From Octopus vulgaris (taxonomy: Eukaryota): a stretch of DNA of 64,000 bases. Every line of letters starts with the position of its first letter. Position 1 is the first letter of the stretch. Of the stretch, positions 1-13,605 are shown in pieces. Below the pieces are notes generated by a model. It was not told the DNA's origin. It worked only from the letters and a program-made list of their open reading frames with translations, and made no database searches. The stretch is taken from assembly GCA_951406725.2 (NCBI GenBank), contig OX597814.1, positions 164,052,001-164,116,000 of the forward strand. Direction: 5' to 3'. The position numbers were made by a program, and so were the translations under genes.

Positions 1-559
1 ATGATGATGCCACTGAGACCATCAGTCTGGGTTAACCCAACCCCTTCAAGCAAGAGCTTGAAACAAGAAGCAAACAAGCACACACACACACACACATCAT
101 CATCCTCTTCCCTGATACATTCGCTTCTTCTATGTTGGCATATTGGGCAAGACTTACAGTAGTCTTATTCTCTGGCCAGATATCCTTCTTGTTGCCAACT
201 CGTGCCTACTTTTCAAGAAAAGGTATTTTTATTATCAGTTATTCAACAAATATCATCATAATTTCAACATATAGACTTCCATGCAGTTTCCATCAAGCAC
301 TCACAAGACATTGATTATCTCAAAGACACTTGCCCAAGGTGCCACACAGTATGATGGAGCAATCATCCTAACTTATCTTCCAGTAGCCAGGGGACTTAGA
401 CATAAACAAAAATAATTGAACACATTTATGACCTATGTAATTTGCATACTTTAAACAAAAATGAGTAAAGGGGAATATTCCAAATGGCCAGTGGCATGTA
501 TTTGAATGATAGACAAACACATGTATATCAAATACCATACACCATTAATTCTTAAATTA

Positions 560-1990
560 TTTAAATCTCCACCTCTGGAGAATGTGTCAAGTTCCATATG
601 GTGATAATGTATATTGAAACAGAAACGTGTTCATGATTGTCCTCTTATCCCCAGATAAGCCTATCCTTTTCCTTAATGACACGTCAAAAGAATTTTTGAT
701 TCTTCTCATATGGCATCTTGTGTCATCTTACTCATGTAAAGAAATGCTTTCAGGTCAGTCTTCACCACTTCATCTGAAGTCTCCTTGGTTACCCTCTTCC
801 ACAGATCTCATTCACTTTGAGTGTGCAGCCTTTCTTTATACATCTATCTTCCTCTAGAAGCATCATATACCCATATCATGCAATCTTCTATGTGGCACCC
901 TACATCTGATACCTCTTATGTTCACTTTCTCTCTCAGTTTACTTCTCCTCTATCATTCACAAAGACTAATATTACACATCCAGTGCTATATATTCATTTC
1001 ATTTCTTTCTACCCTTCACAGATCCTATGTATTTATCACCTACATCTCATTATTAGGCAGCATAACACTTTGTTCACTCTGATAAAAAAAGTAGAGGTAA
1101 TAGCTCCCTGAACTTTTTACTCCAATTTGTTCTTACTCTGGCTATTATGCATTCAGAGCAGCTACCCCCACTGCTAAGTAGGTCATCCAGGTCACAAAAA
1201 CTGTCAACTACTTCTCAAGAATCTTCCAAGCCTATAAGAGAATAAATTTCCTGTGCCCATGTGCACCTGCCATATATGAAATCTACCTTCTCTGTTAACC
1301 TACTTGCGATCCCATTTCAATTTTCATGTATCTATAGTTTCTCTGAATGCCAAGCATAGCCATTTCTCTGATGGAATCAGTGTCTTGTCATCTGCCCTAT
1401 TTACTTAAACTCAAATCTTTGCTAAATTTAGAGGGCACTTGATTCTAAATTTTGCTTTCTTGCTTCAAATTTCTCTACACAAATCAGGAATTCCTTCACT
1501 AAATCCATTACAGATTCATTGATATATAGGAGTTCCACAGGAATCTTGTCTAAAACTCCTCTGAAGGACGACAATAAACAAAAGTTAACTAAAGACTGAT
1601 CAGTGATAGGCCACTCTAATATTAAATTGGTTGCTAAACTCATGGTTGATTCTCACTTTGCTGACAACATCTCAACCATTTGTTGACTACCCCAGCTTTC
1701 TTAATGACTAATAGATCACTGTGTATGTGACCCTGGTAGACCTCTAATCCAACAAATGACAGGTGTAGGGGCTTCCACTTGGTTAAATACTTCTACAATT
1801 GTTTCATGAGCAGTATATCTTCCTTGCATCTTATCTTTACTAATTCTCTTCCAAATCAATTAAGCCATAACTCTTTCTGTGACTTTCATTACTTGGTCAA
1901 TAGAGTGTCTTTTTGCTCTTATAGCAGTTGATAATGGTGATGCTATGTCAGTCCTTGTGTATGACACCGACCTGTACTAACTGATTTATT
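560..1990 (-). mobile_element. Old RTE-clade LINE reverse-transcriptase remnant
   Basis: Minus-strand decayed peptides DQVMKVTERVMA, KPLHLSFV, SLRKLG, SKVRINHEFS, PVELLY; many stops and frameshifts. Confidence 0.7.
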
Positions 1991-4900
1991 ATGCAGATGA
2001 CTAACCCAAACCCTATCTTCCAAGAGATTTTGTGCATCACAGCATAATTCCTATGTATAACCTATGCTAGCATGGAAAACGGACATTAAACGATGATGAT
2101 GATGTACATACACACACACAAACATGCATGCACACACACATATTATGTATACATATGTATACATAAAAACCAGCTGTAGAAACTCTGCCAAATCAAGATT
2201 GGAGCCTCATGCAGCCATCTGGTTCGCCAGCCCTCAGTCAAAATCGTCCAACCCATATTAGCATGGAAAGCGGACGTTAAACGATGATGATAATGATGAA
2301 TATTAATGCTATTAATATATTACATGCTATTAAGCTTTTATAAGCTTTTTTTATCTGGACACCACAAAAATGCATTCTTTAAGTTTTGCCATTCTCAGCT
2401 CAACGAATATACTACATAACTAGCAAAATAAGATACTGGCTTTGTTTAATGCCATTATATTAGGTTTGTTGCTTGTTGTCTTAATAGCACGTAATAAATT
2501 AATAACCTTGATATTGTTATTTTTGTATCCAAAATGCAGATCATTAAATTAAATAGAGCTGATGACATTTTTGGAATCATCCCAAATATACCCCAAAATT
2601 GGTCTAGTTTCTAAGATGTAAGGTGCAACTTGGATCCCGAGGGGATATGTGAGCATATAAAAAGAGAAGCTGTATCTCCCAAACAAGAGTTCACAAGGCA
2701 AAGCCAATGGTATATTTTAGGCATCAGCATTCAAAGTATACTCAAGGTGCCAAAATGTATATTAGCTAATCTTAATGTTATCAGGTACTTTTTATGGCAA
2801 TTATCGAAACAAATAAGGCTGTGGAACAAAAAAAGCAAATATGATGGGCAAAAACCAATGTGATTTTCAGATCTTGTTACCAAAATAAGTGTCTGACTAA
2901 AAAAAAGTCATTACTACTCGACTAATTACTCCAGGATATAGAAGTTCTTGTAAAACTTAGCATTTGTTTCGTTTTCTAGTTGAACTCTTTCCACTATGTC
3001 ACTAATTACGTAAAAACAATTCTCAAATACAAGTCAGCAAAATAATTGTGCTGCTGAGAATATTTCATCCTTCACATTACACATTGAGAAACTCAATTAA
3101 GCATCAACTTATTACAATCTCCTTTTCATAACACACAAGCTGCTCCTTATCTGATGGCAGAATACATTTTATTGACTACATATGTAGACATTATGTAAAC
3201 TTCTTCCAGATACAACAAATAATAGTAATTTTGATCCATTCCTAGCAAATGTTATTTTTCCTTAACAAAATTCTTGAAACTAAGCTAAAATGGAGGCTAC
3301 CATGTTGCTGTGTTTCAAGACATATCAAGTTTTTAATGGGACAAACTGGTAATAAAAATGTTGAAACTTAAATCTAATTATGATAAACACCATTGCTTGT
3401 TCTTTCTGTTATTTATAACAACAAGACTTGAAGATACTTTCACTCTGATTAGATGTTGATCTTTTTCTTAACACTGGAGTACTACTTGCACAGTTGAGAT
3501 AATGCACCATTTCCTGCCCATACAAGCACAAACATTTTGGACCATATCATTAAGAGTCTGATTTTGTTCAGTATATAACCCAATACAAGTAATATTCCCT
3601 CTTTCTCGGAGAGTCACAAGCACCTACACACACATATACACACACGGCAGTAACTTCCGTCTACCAAATTCAATCACAAAGCTTTGGTCGGCCTGGGGCT
3701 ATAGCAGAAGACACTTGCCCAAAGTGCCACGTGGTGGGACTGAACCCGAAACCATGTAGCTAGGAAGCAAGCTCCCTAACTACACAGCCATGCCCATATA
3801 TATATATATATATATACACAAATGTACCCAATGCAAGTAATAAGTACATAAAAAAAAGATACGGTGGAATCTCCAGCAACTTGATAGGAAATCAAAGCTT
3901 GACTGTTATATTAACTGTTGTAAGTGTGTATTTGTGAGAAAGAGAGAATGAAAGAGAGAAAATTTGCTTATAATCAAACCACTAAAAATTACTTTGATCT
4001 CAGAAAAACATCAAGAAAGCTACAAAAGCTGAAGTAAATCAAACATATGCATGCACAGTTTTGTTTCACAGATAAAATACAAGAACATGCAAAGAACTTA
4101 TGAAACATTTTGTCTGTCTAAGGTAGAGAATTAGTATCATATATGATAACTTTACACTTGACTAATGAGTATGCTTTTGTAGTGAAGCAGATTCTAATGG
4201 GTTGATGATGTATGCAACATTAGTAAAGTCCAAGAGGTTTCTGTAGAGGAGCTAGGTAAAGGATTAAATTTTAGCTAAATAAATTAGATAACCTTATTAC
4301 ATATCAGAAGTACAGTATATTTAATTACCATTATACATGAAAGGACCCCATGATTAAAATTTAAAATAATCATTAAAAACATCAACTTAAAAATCATACC
4401 AAACACATATTAGTACTCTCTTAAGCTTCCCTCAACCTAACATTATAACAGGTGCTATTATTTAGTATAATATCAACTGAGGGCAACAGGATGGTGATAT
4501 GCCAGATCTAATTCTTTGCATTATTGAATTGTGTTATTGGTTATGCTAAAAGTAATACTAGAGTTGACTTTGCCATTCAATTTTCTAGAAGTCAATTAAA
4601 TAAGTAACATACAAGCATTAGGGTTGATTTAATTGACTACAGCTCTATCCTGCAAATTTGTGACTTTGTAACACTGTTGTAAGCATGTTCATGATAGCTG
4701 AGAGGGTAGAATGTTGAAAGCTCAATATTTTACATCCAAAACCTTCTGGGGCTGAGCTTTATTTACAAATAGGGTTATATATAATGTACCAGTAAGATAC
4801 TGGGTTCAATTATTTAGCATCTTGAAAAGTGTTTTGTCCTTGTTAAACTTAGACTTTTTTTTGGTGTCCAATTAAAGTGCTGTAGTTCCTATAGAGAGAC

Positions 4901-5284
4901 TCTATGTGGTCACTTGATCTGCTATATATTGTAACCAAATTTCTCCAAATCACACCTTACCATCTTAGGAAAAAGAAAGAGTATACACAATGACTGGAAA
5001 AAAGCTGGAATGCCTGTAATCATAGGTTTGCTGCATCAGGATTGACAAGGATCTAAATAACTACAGCCTGTGCAAAATGGGAAGAAAAAAAAGATCAAAA
5101 CAATGATGATATCATATACTTTGATACTAGTAGAATTTCAAACTTCTGAATTCCTTGAAAATTTAAAAACACCTCCTGAAACACATTCTCATTTAAAAGT
5201 TATGTATTCTACAAGCTGTAACAATAGTTTATTACAGTCCAGCTAAAAAAATTCATTAAAGTAATATAATACAGAAATAAAGTA

Positions 5285-5570
5285 TTGCCAGTGCCGCCCC
5301 GACCCTGACTGGCCTCTGTGCCGGTGGCATGTAAAAAGCACCAACCGATCGTGGCCGTTGCCAGCCTCGCCTGGCACCTGTGCTGGTGGCACGTAAAAAG
5401 CACCCACTACACTCACAGAGTGGTTGGCATTAGGAAAGGCATCCAGCTGTAGAAACACTGCCAGATCAGACTGGGCCTGGTGCAGCCTCCTGGCTTCCCA
5501 GACCCGTCGAACCATCCAACCAATGCTATCATGGAAAGTGGACGTTAAACAATAATGATGATGATGATGA
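5285..5570 (+). mobile_element. 5'-truncated RTE 3' end (representative; similar copies at about 2170, 7415, 15238, 16720, 20655, 22198, 28570, 36655, 47145-47840, 49790, 52346)
   Basis: GGTGGCACGTAAAAAGCACC repeats, GAGTGGTTGGCATTAGGAAAGGCATCCAGCTGTAGAAAC box, (GAT)n tail. Confidence 0.85.
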
Positions 5571-7989
5571 AAGTGCTTCATAGAAACTTATGTATTTGAA
5601 ATGATATAAAGGCAGTGTTTCAAATGCATCATCTAATCTTATCTAAGAACATTTCATTTTTAATCTAGATTAAATCAAGTGGTATGAAAATAGCCAATAG
5701 CTGGAGAAGACAAGAAATCAACAGGTCAAACTACTTTAGACATTAAAATGGAAAAGAAATGTAAGAGATTCACATGTTGAATGAAACAAAAACTATTCTA
5801 AAAAGCAAACTTAGATGGTGGTCAATACTTTGTGAATTCTTAATTGGATTCAAAAGACTGTGGCTACTATCAAACTAAGTACAATCAACCAAATGCTGCA
5901 TTAGACTTCTTAAACAATACAAAGCCATCTGAGGCTGCCTCTAGTTCTATAAGATAAACTTCCTATTTTAACCCTCTAGCATTCAAATTACTCTGTCAAC
6001 TATAATGCTTATTTATTCACATTGCTTGAATTAATTAGGCATTATCCCACAACTTTGAGGTTTCAATGATGTGATTGCTTATTTTTAGAAAGACACTGTA
6101 GAGTAGATGTGAGAGGCCAGATCTGGCAGATTTGAAGACAAAACAGGTAGAATATTTTGGCTGGATATGACTGGTTTAAATGCTAAAGTGTTAGAGTAAT
6201 CTAAGTTAAAACCTTCCAGCAAAACTTCATGTTAATTTAAGTTTGAAACACCAGATTAATAAAGACAGTTGTTTTACTAAATTCTTTGTTATTTTCAAAA
6301 TTAATTGAAATAAAGGAAGTGTATTTTAAAAGAAATACAGTAACAAAAGGATTATATAGATATTTAATCCAATTTGCCACATTTACATAAGCATGAAAAC
6401 TCAATTTAAAGAAAAAATTTAAACTGAAAATTAGTCACATAATAATAAAATTAGCATAAGAAAAGTCAAAAACACTCACTCTAACACTTACTAAAAAACC
6501 TTACAAAAATGGAACAAGTTTTACATGATATATGATTGTGTAGTGTTGAAGAATAATAATAAAAATTTTTTAAATATAGTCGTACTAAATTCCTCTTGAG
6601 TTACCTCTAACATTAGAATTATAAGAAGTAAATGGAATGAAGTGAAGAAATTGAAAGAAAGAGATAGGAAGGTAATGTTTTCTTAATATTAAATAGTTTG
6701 ACAGGTTTCATTACTAAAAAGAAGATGAAAGTGAGAAAAACAGACAAATGTTAAATGTTAATTATGTGTTCTTATACACACATACGAGAAAAGCAAGTAG
6801 AATTTTATTGAAGGTAATCATGAACATGCTACCTCAAAGAAGGTATATTTGGCACTAACACTGAGTCTTGTGTATTGCAGTTAGTTAATGAATGTTCTTT
6901 TATGTATGCATATATGTATGAATGTACACACACATATATACATACAAAGAAAAAGAGAGAACACAGACACTAAGAATTTCTGGGATGATGCCAGAGCAAG
7001 ATTGCTTAAAAGGAATTTAGTTAATTTTACACTGAATAAGCAATGTAATTGAAGCAAAAGGAAAATAAGCAGAATCTAAATAAATTTTTTCCTTTAAAAA
7101 AATACCCACCTCCCCATCACCTTATATAATACATGCATATAAGATATTCAAATTATGTAAGTGTTGGATCCATTTCTACTTCTGCACATGCAGAGTTCAG
7201 ATGGAAAAAAAGTAGAAACAGGAAAAATGATTTTAAATGGTATTAACACATGACAAATAATAGATGATTCTGTTACTGTAGTGAGAGAGTTTAAGAGGGA
7301 ATTGAAAATAGATAAAATGATACATATGGAACTTGGTATGTGAATGAGAATTCATTAATGTTTTATTCTGGCACACAGGTAGATTGTATGTGTGTGTGTG
7401 TGTGTGTGTGTGCGTGAGATCATTTAGTATCCATTTTTCATGTTGGCATGGGTTAGACAGTTTGACTAGAACTGGTAAGCCAGAGAGCTGTACAAGGCTC
7501 CAATCTGATTTGGCTTGGTTTCTATGGCTGGATGCCCTTCCTACTTCTTCACATTTTGAATAAATCAATTTCAACACAAATCATTAAAAATAGTCTTAGA
7601 CATAAAGCCAAAGACTTATGAGAAGGGAACCAGAAGCATTTCCACAAGTCTTGTGGACATTCTGATACAGATCAAATAGTTCTAGCATACTATAACAGTG
7701 ACAGATTCAGGTTGATCTATTCTGATAAATGATTAAGTGGAGTTATTTTAAACCTTGATTTGATAGAAATATTGCAGCGTTAATCAAGAATTAGATAATA
7801 TGCCAAACTTGAAACGTTATTCCTTGGTTGTTTTCAAATACCTGTGGTTATAAACATGTTGGAGAACTGTCACAAGAATGTGGACAGATGTATGCATGTC
7901 CATCCATCTCCTTCACCCACTACTCTAAAGAAGGTTGTGGGAGCAGAGTCCTTAGGCTCCTATCAGAAACAACCATCATTATACTTTCC

Positions 7990-8375
7990 AGCTGGATTCC
8001 CAAGCAAGACTAACTGAGACAATGGATATTATCCAACTATCTCATTCTTGATCTACCCCTAGATCTTTTGCTAGATGGCTCAGCTTGAAGAGTCCATTTT
8101 GCAATTGTTTCCTGCAACATTTTAATCACATGTCCATAATATCAGAGTTGCGACCTCTCAATGCAGAGATGTAGCAACTCAACCAGGAGAGACTCCCTGA
8201 TCTCTGAGATATGTTCCCTGTCAACTAATGTTATTCCGGAAATCCTTCAAACGAACCTTATTTAAATCACTTTGTTTTGCAATCATACTTTTTTGGTCAT
8301 TACCCAGCATTCATGACCATATGTAAAGACAGGCACAAAAACCAAGTTGAAGATGGCGAGTTTGGCTTTATACCT
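7990..8375 (-). mobile_element. Old RTE/Rex3-like LINE C-terminal remnant
   Basis: KAKLAIFNLVFVPVFTYGHECWVMT ... IERSQL*YYGHVIKM ... KRSRGRSRMR across frames. Confidence 0.65.
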
Positions 8376-8379
8376 ACCA

Positions 8380-8916
8380 TTTAAGAAGCTGGATATAAGA
8401 AGCATCAGATGTTGTGTGCAAGAGAGAAGACTGCATTGGTTTGATCATGTGATGCCTATGGATGAGGACAGCTGCATAAAGAAGTGCCAAGCTCTAGTAG
8501 TGGAGGGTACTGTGGAAGTGTACTTGTGAAAGGGATGAAGTGGTGAGAAAGTATCTTTGGATGCTGGACCTCACTGAGGAAATGACAAAGGGCCGGGAGA
8601 GGCAATTTGCTGTACTTGATAAGACATGTTAAGCTAAGTAAAATCACTGTCATCCATACATACAGGCTTGTCCTTTCAAGGGCCAGTGCCACTTAAAAAG
8701 CACCTGTGCTGGTGTTGCATTAACACACCCATGCCAGTGGCATGTAGAAAGACCCAACACACTCTGTTAAGTGGCTGGCATGAGGAAGGGCATCCAGCCA
8801 TATAAACCATGCAAGAGACAGCTGGAGTCTGGACAGCTCCCTCCTAGCCAGCTCCATGTTAAACCATCCAACCCATGCCAGCATGGAAAGCAGATGCTAA
8901 ACGATGCTGATGATAA
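8380..8916 (+). mobile_element. RTE LINE 3' fragment with 3' UTR and (GAT)n tail
   Basis: KLDIRSIRCCVQERRLHWFDHVMPMDEDSCIKKC, then AGGAAGGGCATCCAGC...CATGCCAGCATGGAA...GATGAT tail. Confidence 0.8.
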
Positions 8917-9950
8917 TTACTCTTTTGATGATGGGATGCTGGAGCTGGTGCATTACTGTGCCAACACACAAAATTTTAGCATCCATAAAAGATAAGTATC
9001 ACATATGAGAGAGTAATCTGAATGCTAAAGGGCTAAACACCACTTGTCTCAACATGCACTGAATGGGTTCGCTGCTGAGTGCTGCAAGGCAGAGATGAGA
9101 ATTAGCTTTGTGAAGACTGAGACATTGGTCCTCTCAAGAAAGTCTACTTTGGGCATTTTGCATGTCAGTGGAACAAATTTCACATCTATGTTAAAATAGA
9201 TTGGAAGGTTTAAAAAATATCAACAGTTGAAAGATTTAACTCTTTAGCATTTGAACCAGCCACACCTGGCCAAAATATTCTACCTGTTTTATGTTCAAAT
9301 AGGACAGATCAGGCCACTCACAACTACCCTACAATGTCATTCTAAAAATAAACAATCACATCATTGAAATCTCAAAGCTACAAGACAATGCATGATTAAT
9401 TCAAAACAATGTGATATGGCCAGTTTACATGCTAAAGGGCTAAACAAACTGCTTAAACAATAGTTGTAGCAAAACTAGAGCAGGTAATCTATGGAAAAGT
9501 ATTAGAAACACCTTGTTACATCATCTCAATAAAGAGTGACACTTGAATATATTAACCTCTTTAACACACACTTATAAAGAAGTATTTTTGTGTTTTAAAA
9601 TTATGTCCAGTTGCATAAACATAATCAGTGCTTAAAATAGTAGGTAATGCAAGCGGGAACCTAAAACGTAGTGTTGATATATGGCATCTAGTCGCTACAA
9701 AAATTAAACACATTAGATGTGTCAGCAAAAGTCAGAGTCAGCAGCAGGGAATTTATTTTGAGGAAAATCCTATAAAGTTATGCAATCAAAATTTTGAATC
9801 AGTTAAATAACTCCAGGCAGTTACTAAATGAGTAGAATGTGCTGAGAACAGCAATAAATTAAGATGACCTACAGAAATAACTACGGATAACATATAATAC
9901 TTAGTGGAACCATATATTGCCTAAATTAGCTTTATGCTAAAAGTCAGTCA

Positions 9951-9975
9951 CTCTCTCTCTCTCTCTCTCTCTCTA

Positions 9976-10024
<49 letters not shown>
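9951..10024. repeat. Compound (CT)n(AT)n microsatellite (representative of dozens of AT/CA/GA/GAT tracts)
   Basis: Read directly. Confidence 0.95.
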
Positions 10025-12238
10025 CTGTAGACGTTTGTGTGTTAAGGCATATAAAATAAAATAGAAAATATATGTTGTAAATAAAACATTAATTTACTGA
10101 GAGCTGAAGCTTCACACAGTTGCTATTCCAAGTTTTCAACTTGATTATCTATCAAAGAAATAATGCAGAATTCAGTCTGGCACTATGAGACCTACTTTGA
10201 CAGGTCTCAAAAAGTATGGGCATAAGCCAGGCCATCAAGTGAAGAAGTCTTTCACACTCAACTGATTCTGATTTCAATCTCAATGTGCAGTATCTTGGGC
10301 AAATTACTTCTACCATAGCCCTGGGTCAACCTAAGCCTTGTAAATGAAATTAATTAACTCAAATTGTGCAGAAGCCTACTGAATGGGCTACATCTGGTTT
10401 TGTATGGTAGACTTCATCCATTGCCTGGGTTTAACAATACCACATCAGCAGACTTCAAGCTATTTCAAGCATTCAACCAGGTCTCTAGACTGTGACATGA
10501 TTCCTTCCACCCTTTTCCTTAACCAATCTTTGAGGTTCTGCAAAATGTTGATGAGCACTACCATTCCTCCACTGACTAAACCATGTTTTTATTTTTTTTT
10601 TAGTAACATTAATGAATTAAACGAAATATTTATAACTAAATGTAACATTAACCACAGCTTGACGTAAAATATATCTTAGATAACACCACAGCACTCACCA
10701 ACATGATAAACAAGAAACAGATTCTCGTAAAAGCTTAAATCCTCAGAGTTTACCTTTTTTTTTTTTTTTTGTGGGGAGAAGATTAATAAGAAGTCATGCA
10801 TATAAAATGAAGTAGTTCCAGTTACTTCACTTAAGGTTATTCAAGTTTTCTATTAGCAAGTGAATAAGTGCATAAATGTGTGTTTGTGTGTGTGTGTGTG
10901 TGTGCAAGTGTATGCTCATTTTTATAAGACTTATGTGTATATAAGTAAAAATTTACCAAGTTAAATTTTCTGTTTAACTAAATTCCTTTATGATAAGATA
11001 CTAATGTGCTGATCTATATTCAAAGTTCAGCAAAAAAAAACCATTAGAGTAAGCACCAGGCTTAGAGCAAGACTAATATCTCAGATTTCAGACAGCAAAA
11101 TCTAAGAAAAATAGCAAAGGATATGCCTTTGGGCATTATTAGACTGTGCAAAACTGCTAATATTTCACTAAAATGTGGTTATTATCCTTGTGTAGTCGGG
11201 CATTGTTGTAAAATCAACCATTTCCAGCATTTTTTGCATTTTTCTGACCAATAGTAGGAATCTTTAGGTCACAATATCTCCAAAAATAATAGATGCAATA
11301 AGCTGAAATTTTGCATATGTATTACTTTGATACTTGCCTAAACACTGCTCTAGTGTGAGTAGATACACTTCAGTTGTTCATCTTCCAGAGACACTTGACT
11401 GCTACTACCCAGGGGTCAAAAACGTTTGAACTGCTGCATAGGACTGAGCAACCCTACAATGAAATCTAGGCCATCTTCATCAATGTCTTTGATTCAGCAT
11501 CTAGTCTGTACCCCAATCTGTTGGCATTCCAAGTTAGAGCATATTATCTTTGATAGTTTGGTGGAAAAAGTGACCTAAAATAAGGGTGTGTTTGCCTCAT
11601 CTGTCATTTTGAATTTATAATTAGGTCATGAATAGATAAAGTGGAAATTTTAATATTATGTTTTTGATAGAACTAACATTGTTCTTGATATATGCCATAT
11701 TCAGTTTGCCTGTGCTTTATTCCCACTGGGAGAAAGCATCTTCAATTTATGAGTGTTTTCCTACATCTGAGGTGCTAGTGTTGCCTTATGAAAAAAATAA
11801 GTGCTGGGGTCAATTTGTTAAATTAAAATTCTTCATGGTGATACCCCAGCATGGCCACAGACTATGTCTGAAACAAGTAAAAGAATTAATGAATATCTTT
11901 ATGTATATAAATCTGGTAATAATTAAAAAGTTAATCGTTTATAATTAATATAAATTATATTAAATTTACATCAGGCAAATTAACTTAGCTGTTAGATATC
12001 TATTTCAACAATCCTAACCAATCAACCTAACATGGGTGACTTAGGCCAGGTGGTTCAAACATATGACCAATAGCAATGTTTAGACTAGCATCCAGCTCAA
12101 TTTTATTAAAAAATAAATTTTATCAGTATTTTTTTATCTAAAATATTATATAAAATAATTATTGCTAGCATATGTTCAGAGCTAGAGCAAGACTAAAAGT
12201 TATGATTAACACCATTCCAATTAGCCAAATCAGTGACA

Positions 12239-12452
12239 TTAACCCTTTAGCATTCAGATTACTCTGTCAAATGCAATGCTTATTTATTCACATTGTTTTA
12301 AAGTAATCACACATTATTTTGTAGCTTTGAGATTCCAATGATGTAATTGCTTATTGTAGGGTAGGTGTAAGAGGTCTGACCTGGCTGGTTTGAACATAGA
12401 ACAGGGTGAAAATTTGGGCCTGATATGGCTGAATTAAATACTAAAGGGTTAA
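12239..12452. mobile_element. TTAA-flanked (piggyBac-type) MITE, ~210 bp (copies at 5968-6193, 9236-9443, 25303-25530, 32215-32434, partial 48639-48830 and 8970-9036)
   Basis: TTAA|CCCTTTAGCATT ... AATACTAAAGGG|TTAA; shared internal sequence in both orientations. Confidence 0.85.
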
Positions 12453-13332
12453 AGAACCTCTTGTTATCTCATTAAATGAAAAAGAAGCTTATGAATCCAC
12501 ATACTAAAAGATGTGACTTATTTCCCCTTCACTTAGTCTATACATGCTGAACCAAACATAGCTTTTTCCCCACCACATTTATATACATGTTTTCCAAAAT
12601 GGATTCCAGAGATTTTTCTCATTGTTTACTTGTTTCAGTCACTAGACTGAAACAGCCATGCTATGAAACCAACTAAAAGAATTTTAGTTGAACGAATTGA
12701 CCCCAGTATTTCATTTAAACCCGGTACTTATTCTATCAGTCTCTTTTGCAAAACCACCAAGTTATAGGGATGTAAACATACCAGTAACAAGTATCAAGTG
12801 GTGAACGGAGGGGGTGGCAAACACACACACACACATGATGGGCTTCTTTAAGGAGGCTACAGAAGTTACTTGCTCAAGGTGTCATGCAGTGGAACTGAAC
12901 TTGGAACCATGTGGTTTGGAAGCAAATTTCTCACCACACAGCCACACCTGTACTTATATGAGATATGAACAATATTAAAAGATTTTGTCACTAAAACAGT
13001 GTAAGCTTTCTATCAAGAACTTTATGCATTCATTCGGACAATATATATTTGTTTTGTGTGTGTGTGTGTGAGCAATGCCGTGTTTGTTTACAATGCATCC
13101 CACAGTTCACTGGTTACATGTTAAAACCAGTGTAATAAAAATACATTACTTGAAAAACAACAAATAGTTGACTATAGCAACAGCATTTAGCCACAGAATA
13201 CTATCTCACTGACTCTCTTCCAACACTTGGAAAAGGCAGACATAAACCCATTGATGATGACAACGAAACCGACATTAATGATGAGGGAAAACTTATATCA
13301 AGTGATCAAGGCAGACTTTAGAGTAGCAGATA

Positions 13333-13605
13333 TGTTTCTTTATTAGCCACACAGAGGTGAACACAGAGGGGACAAATTACAAAGTAGAGCTTTTCTTTTT
13401 GGGGAGAAAAAAAATTAAAAATAAAAAGGGGGTTGGTTTTCAATCAAAAGGGATTGTAAAAAAAAAAAAGGAAAAAAAGCGATCAATAGGGATCCTGTAT
13501 CACAGAAATGTTGTGATGTAAAGTGTAAAGGGGGAAAGAGATAAGGTTTATCCATGGAAAGAAAAGCCTACGGAAAAGACCACGGTAACTTCGGTCAATG
13601 ATGTC
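13333..13605 (-). mobile_element. 5'-truncated non-LTR retroelement 3' end with 10 bp TSD
   Basis: GTAGCAGATA at 13323-13332 and 13606-13615; the minus strand is T-rich and ends GGCTAATAAAGAAACA. Confidence 0.7.
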
